Assembly: GCF_021246445.1 (NCBI RefSeq)
Contig: NZ_JAJQXW010000003.1
Location: forward strand, 124,001 to 188,000
DNA length: 64,000 bases
DNA from: Rhabdothermincola salaria
Lineage (GTDB): Bacteria; Actinomycetota; Acidimicrobiia; Acidimicrobiales; Acidimicrobilacustridaceae
Direction: 5' to 3'
The notes under the pieces are model-generated. The model worked only from the letters and a program-made list of their open reading frames with translations, was not told where the DNA came from and did not search any database. Positions 1 through 12,161 of the stretch are shown here, piece after piece (the stretch's first letter is position 1; every line of letters starts with the position of its first letter). A program made the position numbers and the translations under genes.

Positions 1-2345
<2,345 letters not shown>

Positions 2346-2493
2346 GGTTGTCTCCTCCAGCGGTTGGGCGGACGGGTCGCGTCGGCGCCCCGGGAGGGGC
2401 GACCGCGGATCGACGGACCCGGGAACTCAGGTGGGGGGCGACCGGCCCCGCGACGGGACCCGGCGGACGCGCCGGGCCGACTCACGAGTCTAC
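2346..2493 (-). promoter_or_regulatory. rpsB promoter (-10-like TAGACT) and ~140-nt GC-rich 5' leader, possibly an S2 autoregulatory element
   Basis: TAGACT on the minus strand near 2487-2492, then a long non-coding leader. rpsB-tsf leaders are S2-regulated in many bacteria; structure not verified here. Confidence 0.45.
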
Positions 2494-2533
2494 GGACCAC
2501 CCGGCCGCGCGGCCAACCGGCTGTCCTCGCCGG

Positions 2534-4132
2534 TCATGTCCCCGCCCCGGCCCAGGCCGCGAGGGCGTCACCGGCCACCCGCTGGGTTCCGCCGATCACG
2601 GTGGGAGCCACCCGGTCGGCCACGTGGTCGGCGAAGGTCTCACAGGTCGGCGCCGCCCCGGCCAGGGCGAGGGAGACCTCCCGCAGGGCGGCCGGGTCCG
2701 TGGTGAGGGCGCCGTGGGCACCGAACGAGAGCCCGGGGTCGACGATGACGGAGCGGTCGGCGGCGCCGTCCGCGGTGCGGTTGGCCGGAACGGTGAGATC
2801 GAAGCGAGCCCCGACGGTGGTGAAGCGCACGTGGTCGGGCAGCGGCTCGTTGCGCACCGAGGCCAGCACCGGGGAGCTGGTGGCCAGCTGGGCGATGGCC
2901 GGGCGGCGGGGATCGAGCGGAGCCATGAACCCGGCATCGACGGCCTCGTGCAGGATGCCGTCGCCGACGAGCGTCGCTTCGAGGCCCACCACGGCCTCGG
3001 CCAGGTCGGCGCCCTGGTGGGGCGAGCCCAGGGTGACGAGGTTCTGGACCTGCTCGGGGAGGCGGTCGCCGTCGGCGGCCCGGTCGAGGGCCAACCGGGC
3101 CACCACCCCGCCCTGGGAGTGAGCCAGCACGTCGATGGGGACACCCGGCTCGCGCCGCGCCACCTCGCCGACGAGGTCGGCCAGCTCGTCGGCCGAGACC
3201 ACCAGAGGCTGCTGGGAGTCCACGCCGTCGAAGGGGCGCACGTCGATGCCGGCCAACCCCGGGTCCCCGGGTCGGTGCGGATGGCCCTGGTCGGGCGCCC
3301 GCCCACCCGTGTAGGCGAAGCGGACCACGTCGTCCGGTGCGTAGCCGAGGGCTTCCGTGGGCAGCTCGAAGGCGGAGTTGCCCTCGCTGGCGGTCCCCAG
3401 GCCGCTCACCACCACCGCGATGCGCCGTCCCTGCACCGAGGGCACCGCCACCCCGGGCGCGGTGCAGTCCAGGCGGTGCCGCAGGTAGTCGACGCCGGTG
3501 TGGGCCAGCCACCACGACGCATCGAAGACCGACGGCACCAGGTCGACGGCGTCGCCGAACGCACCGACCGCGCCGGCTCCTGCGTCCCAGACCACCCGCA
3601 GGAGGTGACGGCGCTCCACCAGGGGGTCGGCGCCCTCCCCCGTGCCGGGCACGAGCACCGGTCGGTGCGACAGCTCGCCGCCGAGGAGGTCCTCGGGGTC
3701 CAGGTAGTTGCCGTGGCCGTCGCGCACCCCGAAGTGCAGGGAGTCGCCGGCCATCCCCACCTGGTCACCGGCGCGCACCTCGGCCCCGGTGACGACCGAG
3801 GTCGCCGCCAGGAACGAGTAGCTGGTGCGCAGGCCATCGGGGTGCGCCACCGTGACGTGGAGCGAACCGGCCACGTCGCCCGCGAAGAGCACCGTGCCCC
3901 CGGCGGCGGCGTGCACCGGCGTCCCCGGTGCGGTGGCGTAGTCGACACCCCGGTTCCCGGGCTGCCACCGCTCGGCCGGGAGGTCGAAGCGCTCCACGAT
4001 CGGGCCCTCGACGGGAGGCGAGTAGCGCTCTCGGGCGCCCTGGGCGCTGACGGGAGCCACCAGGACCACGGTGGACCAGAGCGAGACGGACAGGAGGAGC
4101 ACGCCGATGGTGCGTGCGGTGGTACGGGGCAC
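2534..4132 (-). CDS. Secreted protein: N-terminal M23/LytM-like domain (degenerate) fused to a PGAP1/lipase-like alpha/beta hydrolase
   Basis: Signal peptide; GNRGVDYATAPGTPVHAAAGGTVLFAG...LHFGVR...YLDP (M23 fold); IDVLAHSQGG nucleophile elbow and LVTLGSPHQG. Confidence 0.8.
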   Translation of the reverse strand: MPRTTARTIGVLLLSVSLWSTVVLVAPVSAQGARERYSPPVEGPIVERFDLPAERWQPGNRGVDYATAPGTPVHAAAGGTVLFAGDVAGSLHVTVAHPDGLRTSYSFLAATSVVTGAEVRAGDQVGMAGDSLHFGVRDGHGNYLDPEDLLGGELSHRPVLVPGTGEGADPLVERRHLLRVVWDAGAGAVGAFGDAVDLVPSVFDASWWLAHTGVDYLRHRLDCTAPGVAVPSVQGRRIAVVVSGLGTASEGNSAFELPTEALGYAPDDVVRFAYTGGRAPDQGHPHRPGDPGLAGIDVRPFDGVDSQQPLVVSADELADLVGEVARREPGVPIDVLAHSQGGVVARLALDRAADGDRLPEQVQNLVTLGSPHQGADLAEAVVGLEATLVGDGILHEAVDAGFMAPLDPRRPAIAQLATSSPVLASVRNEPLPDHVRFTTVGARFDLTVPANRTADGAADRSVIVDPGLSFGAHGALTTDPAALREVSLALAGAAPTCETFADHVADRVAPTVIGGTQRVAGDALAAWAGAGT

Positions 4133-4285
4133 GAGCCCTCCCCAGGGCGCGACGGGTCACCTGGGGGAAGGAGGACGGCGCAGGCAGCGCCGGGACAGCG
4201 GGTCGCGTCGAACGACCGAGCGGGCGCCGTCGGCGCCGATCACCCGAGGGTCAGCCGGTGGGTGGGCCCGGCACGACGAGGGTGC

Positions 4286-5071
4286 TCAGACCGGTTCGCG
4301 CTCGGTGGCCTGGATCCGCGACCGCAGCTGGAGCACGGCCTTGGTGTGGATCTGGCAGACGCGGCTCTCGGTGACCCCGAGGACCCGACCGATCTCGGCC
4401 AGGGTGAGGCCCTCGTAGTAGTAGAGGGTGAGGACCAGCTTCTCGCGCTCGGGCATGCCGTTGACGGCCTCGGCGAGGATCTCCTTCATCTCCACCACCT
4501 CGAAGGTGGCGACCGGCCCCTCGGTGCGGTCCGGGACGGTGTCGCCGAGCGTCATCGACTCGCCCCGCTCGCCGCCGCCCATGACCTCGTCGAGCGCGGC
4601 CAGGCCGATGAAGGAGATCTGCGACAACGTGGTCTGCAGCTGGTCGTCGGTGAGGTCGAGCTCGACGGCGATCTCGGCCTCAGTGGGGGTGCGGCGCAGC
4701 TCGTTCTCGAGCTTGGCGTAGGCCTGCTCGAGCGCGCGGGCCTTGGCTCGCACCGAGCGGGGCACCCAGTCGATGGAGCGCAGCTCGTCGAGGATGGCGC
4801 CGCGGATGCGCGAGATGGCGTAGGTCTCGAACTTGAAGCCCCGTTCGAGGTCGAACTTCTCGATGGCGTCGATGAGGCCGAACATGCCGTAGCTGACGAG
4901 GTCGGCCTGTTCGACGTTCTGGGGCAGACCGACCGCCACCCGGCTGGCCACGTACTTCACCAGCGGGGCATAGATCAGGATCAACCGGTCGCGATCGGCG
5001 CGATCACCGCTGTCTTTGTACTCGGCCCAGAGCTGTGCGGTCTGCGCGGCCTGTTCGTCGTCCACAGCCAT
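4286..5071 (-). CDS. whiG: FliA/WhiG-family RNA polymerase sigma factor
   Basis: [90 protein letters not shown] at 5071. Confidence 0.9.
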   Translation of the reverse strand: MAVDDEQAAQTAQLWAEYKDSGDRADRDRLILIYAPLVKYVASRVAVGLPQNVEQADLVSYGMFGLIDAIEKFDLERGFKFETYAISRIRGAILDELRSIDWVPRSVRAKARALEQAYAKLENELRRTPTEAEIAVELDLTDDQLQTTLSQISFIGLAALDEVMGGGERGESMTLGDTVPDRTEGPVATFEVVEMKEILAEAVNGMPEREKLVLTLYYYEGLTLAEIGRVLGVTESRVCQIHTKAVLQLRSRIQATEREPV

Positions 5072-5073
5072 TC

Positions 5074-5970
5074 CTACGCTCGGGGGTGGGTGGCGTCGAG
5101 CACCGACCGGAGCCGCTGCTTGCTGACATGGGTGTAGTGCTGGGTGGTCCCCAGGTCGGCGTGCCCCAACAACTCCTGCACCGTTCGTACGTCGGCACCT
5201 CCGTCGAGGAGATGAGTGGCGAAGGTGTGGCGCAGGGCGTGGGGGTGTGTGGGGGCGGCGGCGCGGCGGTCGAGCAGGCGGCGCACGTCGCGGGGCCCGA
5301 GGCGCTGACCCCGGCGGTTGAGGAACACGGCGTCGACCGGCGTGTCGGCCGTGCTCAGCATCCGGCGTCCGTGCCCGAGCCAGTCGCGCAGGGCTTCGAC
5401 CGCCGGTGCGCTGAGGGGCACCACCCGCTGCTTGTCCCCCTTGCCGAGGACTGTGAGGCGCCGGCGCTCGATGTCGATGTCGGCGGGCCGCAGGCTGCAC
5501 ACTTCGGCCACCCGCAGACCGCTGCCGTAGAGCAGCTCGAGCACGGCGTCGTCGCGGCTGCGCACGGCGGGGGGATCGTCGGCGATGGTGGCCGGCGGGT
5601 CGTCGAGCAGGGCGCTGAGCTCGTCGTCGCGCAGCACCCGGGGGAGCCGACCCGACCCGCCGGGAGCGCTCAGCCCCAAGGCCGGATCGGCGGCGAGACG
5701 GCCCGTGCGGGTCAGCCAGGCGAAGTACCGGCGTAGCGAGGATGCCTTGCGCGCCACCGTGCGTCGGGCGTAGCGGCGGGTGCCGAGGTGGGCCAGGTAG
5801 CGACGCAGAGTGGTGCGGCGCACCTCGCCCGGACTGGTGAGGGGGAGGCGCCCGGCCCAGGCCACGAACGCCTCCAGATCACCCTGGTAGGCCCGCACGG
5901 TGGCGGGCGCGACGCCGGTGAGAGAGGCGGTGAAGGCCTCGAGTTCCCAAGCGCCACTTTCCGAGTGCAC
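5074..5970 (-). CDS. xerC: Tyrosine recombinase XerC-like
   Basis: [11 protein letters not shown] (R), [19 protein letters not shown] (HxxR), [16 protein letters not shown] (H, Y); GTG 5970 lies 6 nt after TACAGT; dprA-xerC synteny. Confidence 0.88.
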   Translation of the reverse strand: MHSESGAWELEAFTASLTGVAPATVRAYQGDLEAFVAWAGRLPLTSPGEVRRTTLRRYLAHLGTRRYARRTVARKASSLRRYFAWLTRTGRLAADPALGLSAPGGSGRLPRVLRDDELSALLDDPPATIADDPPAVRSRDDAVLELLYGSGLRVAEVCSLRPADIDIERRRLTVLGKGDKQRVVPLSAPAVEALRDWLGHGRRMLSTADTPVDAVFLNRRGQRLGPRDVRRLLDRRAAAPTHPHALRHTFATHLLDGGADVRTVQELLGHADLGTTQHYTHVSKQRLRSVLDATHPRA

Positions 5971-6004
5971 CCGAGCACTGTAACCGCGCACCGCGCTCAA
6001 CTCC

Positions 6005-7174
6005 CTAGGTCGTTCGGCCTACGCGCCCGGTCCGGCGGTCCCGATCGGCCCCACCGGGGTCGCGACCAAGCCGCTCGACCCAACCCGCCGAGGTGGTGAC
6101 CCAGCCCCCGTCCTCGAGCTGTTCGACCGCCACCACCACGGCGCCCAGGGCCAGGCCGGTGGCCAGGACGAGCTGCTCGACGGCCACCGGTTGCCAGGGC
6201 AGGGCGGCCAGGACGCGCTCGGCATCACCGGTCGGGGCGGTGCGCCGCTCCGCGGCCGGGCGGTGCCGAACGCCCTCGACCCCGAGGGCCAACAGCACGT
6301 CGGCAGCCTGGCGGGCGGGGCCGCATCCGTCGAAGAGCAGCTGGTTGGTGCCCGCGCTGCTCGGTGCGGTGACCGGACCGGGCACGGCCAGGACGGTCCG
6401 GCCCCGGCGACCGGCCTCGACGGCGGTGCCCATGGCCCCACCGGTGGCGTGGGACTCGACCACCACGACGACGTCGGCGAGGGCGGCGATGAGGCGGTTG
6501 CGGGCCGGGAACTGCCACGCCGCCGAGGGCGCACCCAGCGGGTACTCGCTCAACAGGAGCCCCCGTTCGCCGACGGCCCGCCACAATCCGCCATGGGCGC
6601 GGGGGTACACCCGGTCGAGGCCGGAGCCGACCACCCCGATGGGCGGGGCGCCCTCGATGGCGAGCACCCCGGCGTGGGCCGCGCCATCGATGCCGAGCGC
6701 CAGCCCCGAGACCACCGCCACCCCCGCCTCGGCCAACTCGCGGCCCAGGGCGTGGGCCACGTCGAGGCCGTAGCGGGTGGCGTCGCGGGTGCCCACCACC
6801 GCGGCGCGCATCCCGGCCAGGTGATCGAGGTCGCCGCGCCAGAACAGCACCACGGGTGGGTCGTCGTCGGTCGCCAGCACGGCCGGGAACGCGGGCGAGT
6901 CGCAGGTGACCACCCCGACCGCCGCCCGACGATGCGCGTCCCAGAGGGCGTCGGGGTCGAGCTGGCCGGCTCGCCGGGCCCATCGCTCGATCACCTCGGC
7001 GCGCTCGTGGCGGCCGGGCTGGACCACCAACGAGGGGTCGACCCGGCCGGATCTCACGGCCGTCCAGGCCCCTTCGGGCCCGTACCGGTCGAGGAGCCGG
7101 CGCAGGCGCCCCGGTCCGATGGAGGGCAGGGCGGCCAGGGCCACCACGTAGCGGGTCTCGGGTCGTCGGGCCAC
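6005..7174 (-). CDS. dprA: DNA-processing protein DprA
   Basis: AVVGTRDAT, VVSGLALGIDGAAH, FPARNRLIAAL, AVPGPVT; GTG 1 nt after the comM stop. Confidence 0.95.
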   Translation of the reverse strand: MARRPETRYVVALAALPSIGPGRLRRLLDRYGPEGAWTAVRSGRVDPSLVVQPGRHERAEVIERWARRAGQLDPDALWDAHRRAAVGVVTCDSPAFPAVLATDDDPPVVLFWRGDLDHLAGMRAAVVGTRDATRYGLDVAHALGRELAEAGVAVVSGLALGIDGAAHAGVLAIEGAPPIGVVGSGLDRVYPRAHGGLWRAVGERGLLLSEYPLGAPSAAWQFPARNRLIAALADVVVVVESHATGGAMGTAVEAGRRGRTVLAVPGPVTAPSSAGTNQLLFDGCGPARQAADVLLALGVEGVRHRPAAERRTAPTGDAERVLAALPWQPVAVEQLVLATGLALGAVVVAVEQLEDGGWVTTSAGWVERLGRDPGGADRDRRTGRVGRTT

Positions 7175-7175
7175 G

Positions 7176-8690
7176 TCAGCTGGCCCGACGCTGCGCCAGG
7201 AACGACGGCTCCTGGCGCAGGTGGAGGGCCACGGCCACATGGGCATCGGCCAGCGGGGGGTCGTCGCCGGCGAGGTCGGCGACGGTCAGCGCCACCCGCC
7301 AGACGCGGCGCAGCCCACGAGCGCTCAACCGGCCGGTGGCGAGCGCCCGCTCGACCATGCGGGTGGCCGCCGGGGCGAGCGGCGCCAGCTCGTCGAGGGC
7401 TCGACCGGAGAGCTCGGCGTTGGCCACCACGCCACGGGCCTGCGCCCGTCGGCGTGCTGCCCGGACCCGTTGGGCGACGGTGGCCGTGGTGTCGCCACCG
7501 GCACCGTGGAGCAGCTGGGTGGGATCGGGCCGGAAGATGTCGACGCGCAGGTCGAAGCGGTCGAGGAGGGGGCCCGACACCCGCCGGCGGTAGCGCTCGA
7601 GGGCCCGATCGCTGCACCGACAGCCAGCCGGCCCCATGCCCTCGCCGCACGGGCAGGGGTTCATGGCCGCCAACAACAAGAAGCGGGCCGCCACCGTGAC
7701 GCGGTGATCGGCCCGGGCGATGCGCACGACGCCCTCCTCGAGCGGCTGGCGCAACGCGTCGAGGACGGCGAGGGGGAACTCTCCCAGCTCGTCGAGGAAG
7801 AGCACCCCGCCGTGGGCGAGGCTGATCTCGCCGGGGCGCAGGTGCCCGGCGCCGCCGCCGATGACCGCCACGGCCGACGCCCCGTGGTGCGGGGCCCGCA
7901 GCGGCGGTCGCCGCACCAGCCCGCCGGGAAAGGGCAGACCGGCGGCGGAGTGGATGCGCGTGGTCTCGAAGGCGGTGACGTCGTCGAGATCGGGCAGCAA
8001 CCCGGGCAACCGCTGGGCCAGCATCGTCTTGCCGGCCCCGGGAGGGCCAGTCATCAAGAGGTGGTGACCGCCCGCGGCGGCCAGCTCGAGAGCCTGACGG
8101 CCGAGCGGATGGCCCCGCACCTCGGCCAGGTCGACCGCGGCGCCGGGGGGAGGGGACGGCGGCGGGTCGGGCAAGGGTGGCCAGGGCGCGCCCTGCACCA
8201 GCGTCTCGACCAACCGGGTGAGGGTGGCGGCGGTGCGCACCACGTGGCGCCCGACGACCTCGGCCTCGGCCACCGAGGCCGGGGGCACCACCACCTCGGC
8301 GACGTCGACCGCGTCGACCAGCGACAGCATGCCGGGCACGTGGCGCAGGGTGCCGTCGAGGCCCAGCTCGCCGAGGAAGGCCCGACCCTCGACCACGTCG
8401 GCCGGGATCTGGCCGGTGGCGACCAGGATCGCCACCGCGATGGCCAGGTCGAGGCCGGCCCCGGCCTTGCGCACCGTGGTGGGGGCGAGGTTCACGGTGG
8501 TGCGGCGGTCGGGCCAGGCGAGGTCGCTGGACAAGATGGCCGCCCGGGTGCGGTCGCGGGCTTCGCGCACGGACGTGTCGGGCAGGCCGACGACGCTGAA
8601 GCTCGGCAGACCGTTGCCGACGTGGACCTCGACGAGGACGGGGAGCCCGTCGACCCCCGAGAGGGTGGCGGACGCGACGGTGGCGAGCAT
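7176..8690 (-). CDS. comM: YifB/ComM Mg-chelatase-like AAA+ ATPase
   Basis: VGLPDTSVREARDR, GPPGAGKT, RAPHH, LAHGGVLFLDELGEF, AAMNPCPCG, SGPLLDRFD. Confidence 0.95.
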   Translation of the reverse strand: MLATVASATLSGVDGLPVLVEVHVGNGLPSFSVVGLPDTSVREARDRTRAAILSSDLAWPDRRTTVNLAPTTVRKAGAGLDLAIAVAILVATGQIPADVVEGRAFLGELGLDGTLRHVPGMLSLVDAVDVAEVVVPPASVAEAEVVGRHVVRTAATLTRLVETLVQGAPWPPLPDPPPSPPPGAAVDLAEVRGHPLGRQALELAAAGGHHLLMTGPPGAGKTMLAQRLPGLLPDLDDVTAFETTRIHSAAGLPFPGGLVRRPPLRAPHHGASAVAVIGGGAGHLRPGEISLAHGGVLFLDELGEFPLAVLDALRQPLEEGVVRIARADHRVTVAARFLLLAAMNPCPCGEGMGPAGCRCSDRALERYRRRVSGPLLDRFDLRVDIFRPDPTQLLHGAGGDTTATVAQRVRAARRRAQARGVVANAELSGRALDELAPLAPAATRMVERALATGRLSARGLRRVWRVALTVADLAGDDPPLADAHVAVALHLRQEPSFLAQRRAS

Positions 8691-8811
8691 GGTCGCCCTC
8701 CAGAGCAGGCCGGCACCCGAGGTGCCGGGGGGACAGGAGGGCGGCCACCGAGGCGGGCCGCCGAGCGCTCCGCTGACGCTAGGTCAGGCCGGCTCCGACC
8801 ACAATGGCCGG

Positions 8812-9156
8812 CTACAGCACCTCGCGGGTGTAGAGGGCGACGGCTTCGAGCTGGGCGTCGGTGAGACGTCCTTCGAACCCCGGCATGCCCCCCTGGCCGT
8901 CGGCGATCACGGCGATCTGGTCGGCGATGTCGGGGTAGTTCTCGACGACCTGGCCGTCGGAGAGCTTCGACCCGAACCCGCCGCCGCCGGCGCGGCCGTG
9001 GCAGCCGGCGCACTGGGAGCTGAAGATCTGCTGGCCCTCGAGCAGCACCGGGTCGGTGGGTGCCGCCGGGGTGTCCTCCGACGAGCACCCGGCCAGGCCC
9101 ACGGCCACCGCCCCCACGAGCACCAACGACACGGTCAGGGGACGCCACCAGCTCAT
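8812..9156 (-). CDS. Monoheme c-type cytochrome lipoprotein
   Basis: Lipobox LAGC, CAGCH heme motif, GGMPGF distal Met; ATG 7 nt after TACCGT. Confidence 0.88.
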   Translation of the reverse strand: MSWWRPLTVSLVLVGAVAVGLAGCSSEDTPAAPTDPVLLEGQQIFSSQCAGCHGRAGGGGFGSKLSDGQVVENYPDIADQIAVIADGQGGMPGFEGRLTDAQLEAVALYTREVL

Positions 9157-9279
9157 GGGCGGCACGGTACCCCGCCGCCCACGCGCCTCCCCAACCGGCC
9201 CGGCGCGCCCGGCGAGCGCCGGCCCGGACCGGTCGATGCGCCCGGACCGAGGCCGAGGGGCGATACTGGCTCGGTGGGC

Positions 9280-9384
9280 ATGAACCCGTTCCGACCCCAT
9301 CGCCGTTCCCCCGCCGACTACGTGATGGTGGCCGCCGCCATCGCCGTGTGCGTGGCCCTCGTCCTGTGGGCCCTGTTCGGCTGA
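9280..9384 (+). CDS. 34-aa single-pass membrane protein (MNPFRPHRRSPADYVMVAAAIAVCVALVLWALFG)
   Basis: Basic N-terminus plus a hydrophobic helix, GC3-rich codons, TGATG coupling to the next gene. Confidence 0.6.
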   Translation: MNPFRPHRRSPADYVMVAAAIAVCVALVLWALFG

Positions 9385-10061
9385 TGGAGCTGGTCTTCGT
9401 CCGCCACGGCCAACCGGAGTGGGATCGCGACGGGCTCGCCGTCGACGATCCCGTGCTGACCGAGGTGGGCCTGACCCAGGCCCGGCACCTCGGTTCGGCC
9501 TTCACCGGCCGCCCCGTCGACCGCCTGCTCGTCTCCCCCCTCGTGCGGGCCCGTCAGACGGCGATGCCCGTCGCCGAGGCCCTGCAGATGGAGCCCGAGG
9601 TCCTCGACTGGTTGCCGGAGATCGCCGCTCCCGTCTGGCAGGGCACACCGTCGGACCTGGTGCAGCAGGCGTTCGCCGAGAGCCGGGCCCGCCCGCTCGA
9701 CGAGCAGTGGGACGGCCTGCCCGGCGGCGAGAGCTTCCGGGACTTCCACCAGCGCATCACCGGAGGCCTCGACGGCCTGCTCGGCGAGCTCGGGGTCCGT
9801 CGCCTCACCGAGTTCCCGCCCGTGTGGCAGCTCGACGATCCGGGTCCCCGGGTGGTGATCGTGGCCCACGCCGGCACCAACGCGGTGTGCCTCGGGCACC
9901 TGCTGGGCATCGAACCGGTGCCCTGGGAGTGGGAGCGCTTCGTCTCGTTCCACGCGTCGGTCAGCATCGTGCGGCCCGTGTCCATCAGCGGTGTGCACTC
10001 GTTCAGCCTCTTCCGGTTCTCCGACACCGCCCACCTGCCCGAGCACCTCCACACGAGGTGA
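9384..10061 (+). CDS. Histidine phosphatase (phosphoglycerate mutase-like) family protein
   Basis: LVFVRHGQ, VSPLVRARQTA, PGGES, IVAHAG. Confidence 0.9.
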   Translation: MELVFVRHGQPEWDRDGLAVDDPVLTEVGLTQARHLGSAFTGRPVDRLLVSPLVRARQTAMPVAEALQMEPEVLDWLPEIAAPVWQGTPSDLVQQAFAESRARPLDEQWDGLPGGESFRDFHQRITGGLDGLLGELGVRRLTEFPPVWQLDDPGPRVVIVAHAGTNAVCLGHLLGIEPVPWEWERFVSFHASVSIVRPVSISGVHSFSLFRFSDTAHLPEHLHTR

Positions 10062-10127
10062 CGCCCCAGGGGTGGCCTCGCCCCGAACCTCCGGACCGCA
10101 GCCGACGGCCGGAGCGAACGACCGGGC

Positions 10128-10472
10128 TCAGAAGGCGGATTCGATGACGTCGACGCGTCCGGCGACGACGCAGGCGACGTCGAAGCGCAGGCTGCCCCTC
10201 GCGGTGCCGGTCTGCTCGAGCCAGCGCAGGGCGAGGGTGCGCAGGCGGAGCTGCTTGGTGCGCGTGACCGACTCGGCCGGGGTGCCGTAGGCGTTGGAGC
10301 TGCGGGTCTTGACCTCGCAGAACACGACGGTGCGACCCTTGCGCAGGACCAGGTCGAGCTCTCCCTCCCGGCAACGCCAGTTGCGGGCCACGACCTGGTA
10401 GCCGTGCTCCTCGTACCACCGTGCGGCCAGGGCTTCGCCGCGTGCCCCGAGGGCACGGCGGCCGGCGGTCAC
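10128..10472 (-). CDS. yraN: YraN family (UPF0102) putative endonuclease
   Basis: LGARGEALAA..Y...GY..VARNWRCREGELDLV...VFCEVKTR...RFDV. Confidence 0.93.
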   Translation of the reverse strand: MTAGRRALGARGEALAARWYEEHGYQVVARNWRCREGELDLVLRKGRTVVFCEVKTRSSNAYGTPAESVTRTKQLRLRTLALRWLEQTGTARGSLRFDVACVVAGRVDVIESAF

Positions 10473-10485
10473 CCGTGGAGCCCGT

Positions 10486-10788
10486 TCACCGCAGCTCCAG
10501 CTCGGCGGGCGGGAGCTCCTCGATGTTGACGTCCTTGAACGTGACGACGCGCACGTGGGTGACGAACCGGTTCTGGCGGTACATGTCCCACACCCACGCA
10601 TCGGAGAGGTCGAGCTCGACGCGGGTGCGACCGCTGTCGGCGACGACCTGCTGGGTGACCTCGTTGGCCAGGTAGAAGCGCCGCTCGGTCTCGACGACGT
10701 ACCGGAACATCGGGCAGACGTCCTTGTACTCGCGGTAGAGCTGCAACTCGACGTCGGACTCGTAGTCCTCGAGATCCTCGGTGCTCAC
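10486..10788 (-). CDS. DUF2469 family protein
   Basis: STEDLEDYESDVELQLYREYKDV...VETERRFYLAN...DAWVWDMYR..RFV..VRVVTFKDVNIEEL; GGAGG upstream. Confidence 0.92.
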   Translation of the reverse strand: MSTEDLEDYESDVELQLYREYKDVCPMFRYVVETERRFYLANEVTQQVVADSGRTRVELDLSDAWVWDMYRQNRFVTHVRVVTFKDVNIEELPPAELELR

Positions 10789-10884
10789 CTGTGTCCTCCT
10801 ACGACCCCGGGCTCGGGGACCGTGGGGGTGCCGGCAGGGGGCCGTCGACGACGGCCCGATGGGCAACGACGGCGCCCAGAGGCG

Positions 10885-11229
10885 TCAGTCGCGCTTCTCC
10901 TTGATCTTGGCGGCCTTCCCGACGCGATCGCGCAGGTAGTACAGCTTGGCCCGGCGCACGTCGCCGCGCGAGACGACCTCGATCTTCTGCACGATCGGGG
11001 AGTGGACGGGGAAGGTGCGCTCGACACCCACGCCGAAGCTGACCTTGCGCACGGTGAACGTCTCGCGCACACCGTCGCCCTGGCGACGGATGACCGCCCC
11101 CTGGAAGACCTGGACCCGCTCGCGGGTGCCCTCGACCACGCGGACGTGGACCTTCAGGGTGTCGCCGGGCGCGAAGTCGGGGATGTCGTCGCGGAGGCTC
11201 TGGAGATCGACGAGGTCGGTGGCGTTCAT
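10885..11229 (-). CDS. rplS: 50S ribosomal protein L19
   Basis: [48 protein letters not shown]. Confidence 0.99.
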   Translation of the reverse strand: MNATDLVDLQSLRDDIPDFAPGDTLKVHVRVVEGTRERVQVFQGAVIRRQGDGVRETFTVRKVSFGVGVERTFPVHSPIVQKIEVVSRGDVRRAKLYYLRDRVGKAAKIKEKRD

Positions 11230-11320
11230 CGCAGCGTTTCCTGGCGTGCAAGCCGATCGGCCCGGGTGGCTCGAACGGACGTCGTGGCGGACCCCAGCAA
11301 GTGGATCCGAGGGACCCTGA

Positions 11321-11350
11321 AGGATAGGCCGCTCGTCCGAGAAGCAGCAA
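11321..11350 (-). promoter_or_regulatory. Putative housekeeping promoter for rplS (TTGCTG-N18-TATCCT)
   Basis: Motif and spacing read from the minus strand between trmD and rplS. Confidence 0.5.
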
Positions 11351-11392
11351 AGCCGCCGGTCGCAGCGGGCCCGCTGCCGGCCCGGTGCCCGC

Positions 11393-12151
11393 TCACGGCT
11401 CGCCCGGCGAGGCCTCGGACTCGTGGCGGAACCACTCGAGCAGGGCGGCCTCGTCGTCGGTGAGGCCGCCGCGGGCCGCGATGAGGTCGGGTCGGTGCTC
11501 GAGGGTCCGCGCCAGCGAGGCGGCCCGACGCCAGCGGGCGACCCTGGCGTGATCGCCCGAGCGCAGCACGGCGGGGACCCCCAGATCACGGAAGACGGCG
11601 GGCTTGGTGAACTGCGGATACTCGAGCAAGCCGTCGCTGAACGACTCGTCGCCCCCGGAGGCAGCGTTGCCCATGACCCCGGGCACCAGCCGGCCGACCG
11701 CCTCGAGCACCACCATGGCCGCCACCTCGCCGCCCCCGAGGACGTAGTCGCCGATGGACAGCTCGCCGTCGCAGAGGTGGGTGCGCACCCGGTCGTCGAC
11801 GCCCTCGTAGCGGCCGCACAGCAGCGAGAACCCGCCCGAGGCCGCCAGCTCCGCCGCGAGGGGCTGGTCGAGACGTCGGCCCCCGGGGCCGAGGAGGAAC
11901 AGGGGCCGGGGCGGGTCGACGGCTTCGACCGAGGCGAAGATCGGCTCGGGGCGCAGCACCATGCCGGCCCCACCCCCGAACGGGGTGTCGTCGACGGTGC
12001 GGTGCACGTCGGTCGTGTGCTCGCGCAGGTCGTGGGTGCGCACGTCGAGCAGCCCCCGCGCCCGGGCCCGGCCGAGCAGGCTCTCGGCCGCGAAGGCCTC
12101 GACCATCTCGGGGAAGATCGTGAACACGTCGACCCGGCAGGCGTCGGCCAT
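11393..12151 (-). CDS. trmD: tRNA (guanine-N1)-methyltransferase
   Basis: [47 protein letters not shown]. Confidence 0.98.
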   Translation of the reverse strand: MADACRVDVFTIFPEMVEAFAAESLLGRARARGLLDVRTHDLREHTTDVHRTVDDTPFGGGAGMVLRPEPIFASVEAVDPPRPLFLLGPGGRRLDQPLAAELAASGGFSLLCGRYEGVDDRVRTHLCDGELSIGDYVLGGGEVAAMVVLEAVGRLVPGVMGNAASGGDESFSDGLLEYPQFTKPAVFRDLGVPAVLRSGDHARVARWRRAASLARTLEHRPDLIAARGGLTDDEAALLEWFRHESEASPGEP

Positions 12152-12161
12152 CGACAGGGTC

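Noticed and set aside
5074..5970. Tyrosine recombinase as an integron or prophage integrase
   Set aside because: It sits in the conserved dprA-xerC position, and no attC-like array, phage genes or att sites were seen.
10799..10884. Possible rnhB remnant (LGAVVAHR) after rplS
   Set aside because: Resemblance to the RNase HII C-terminus is too short and weak to call a pseudogene.
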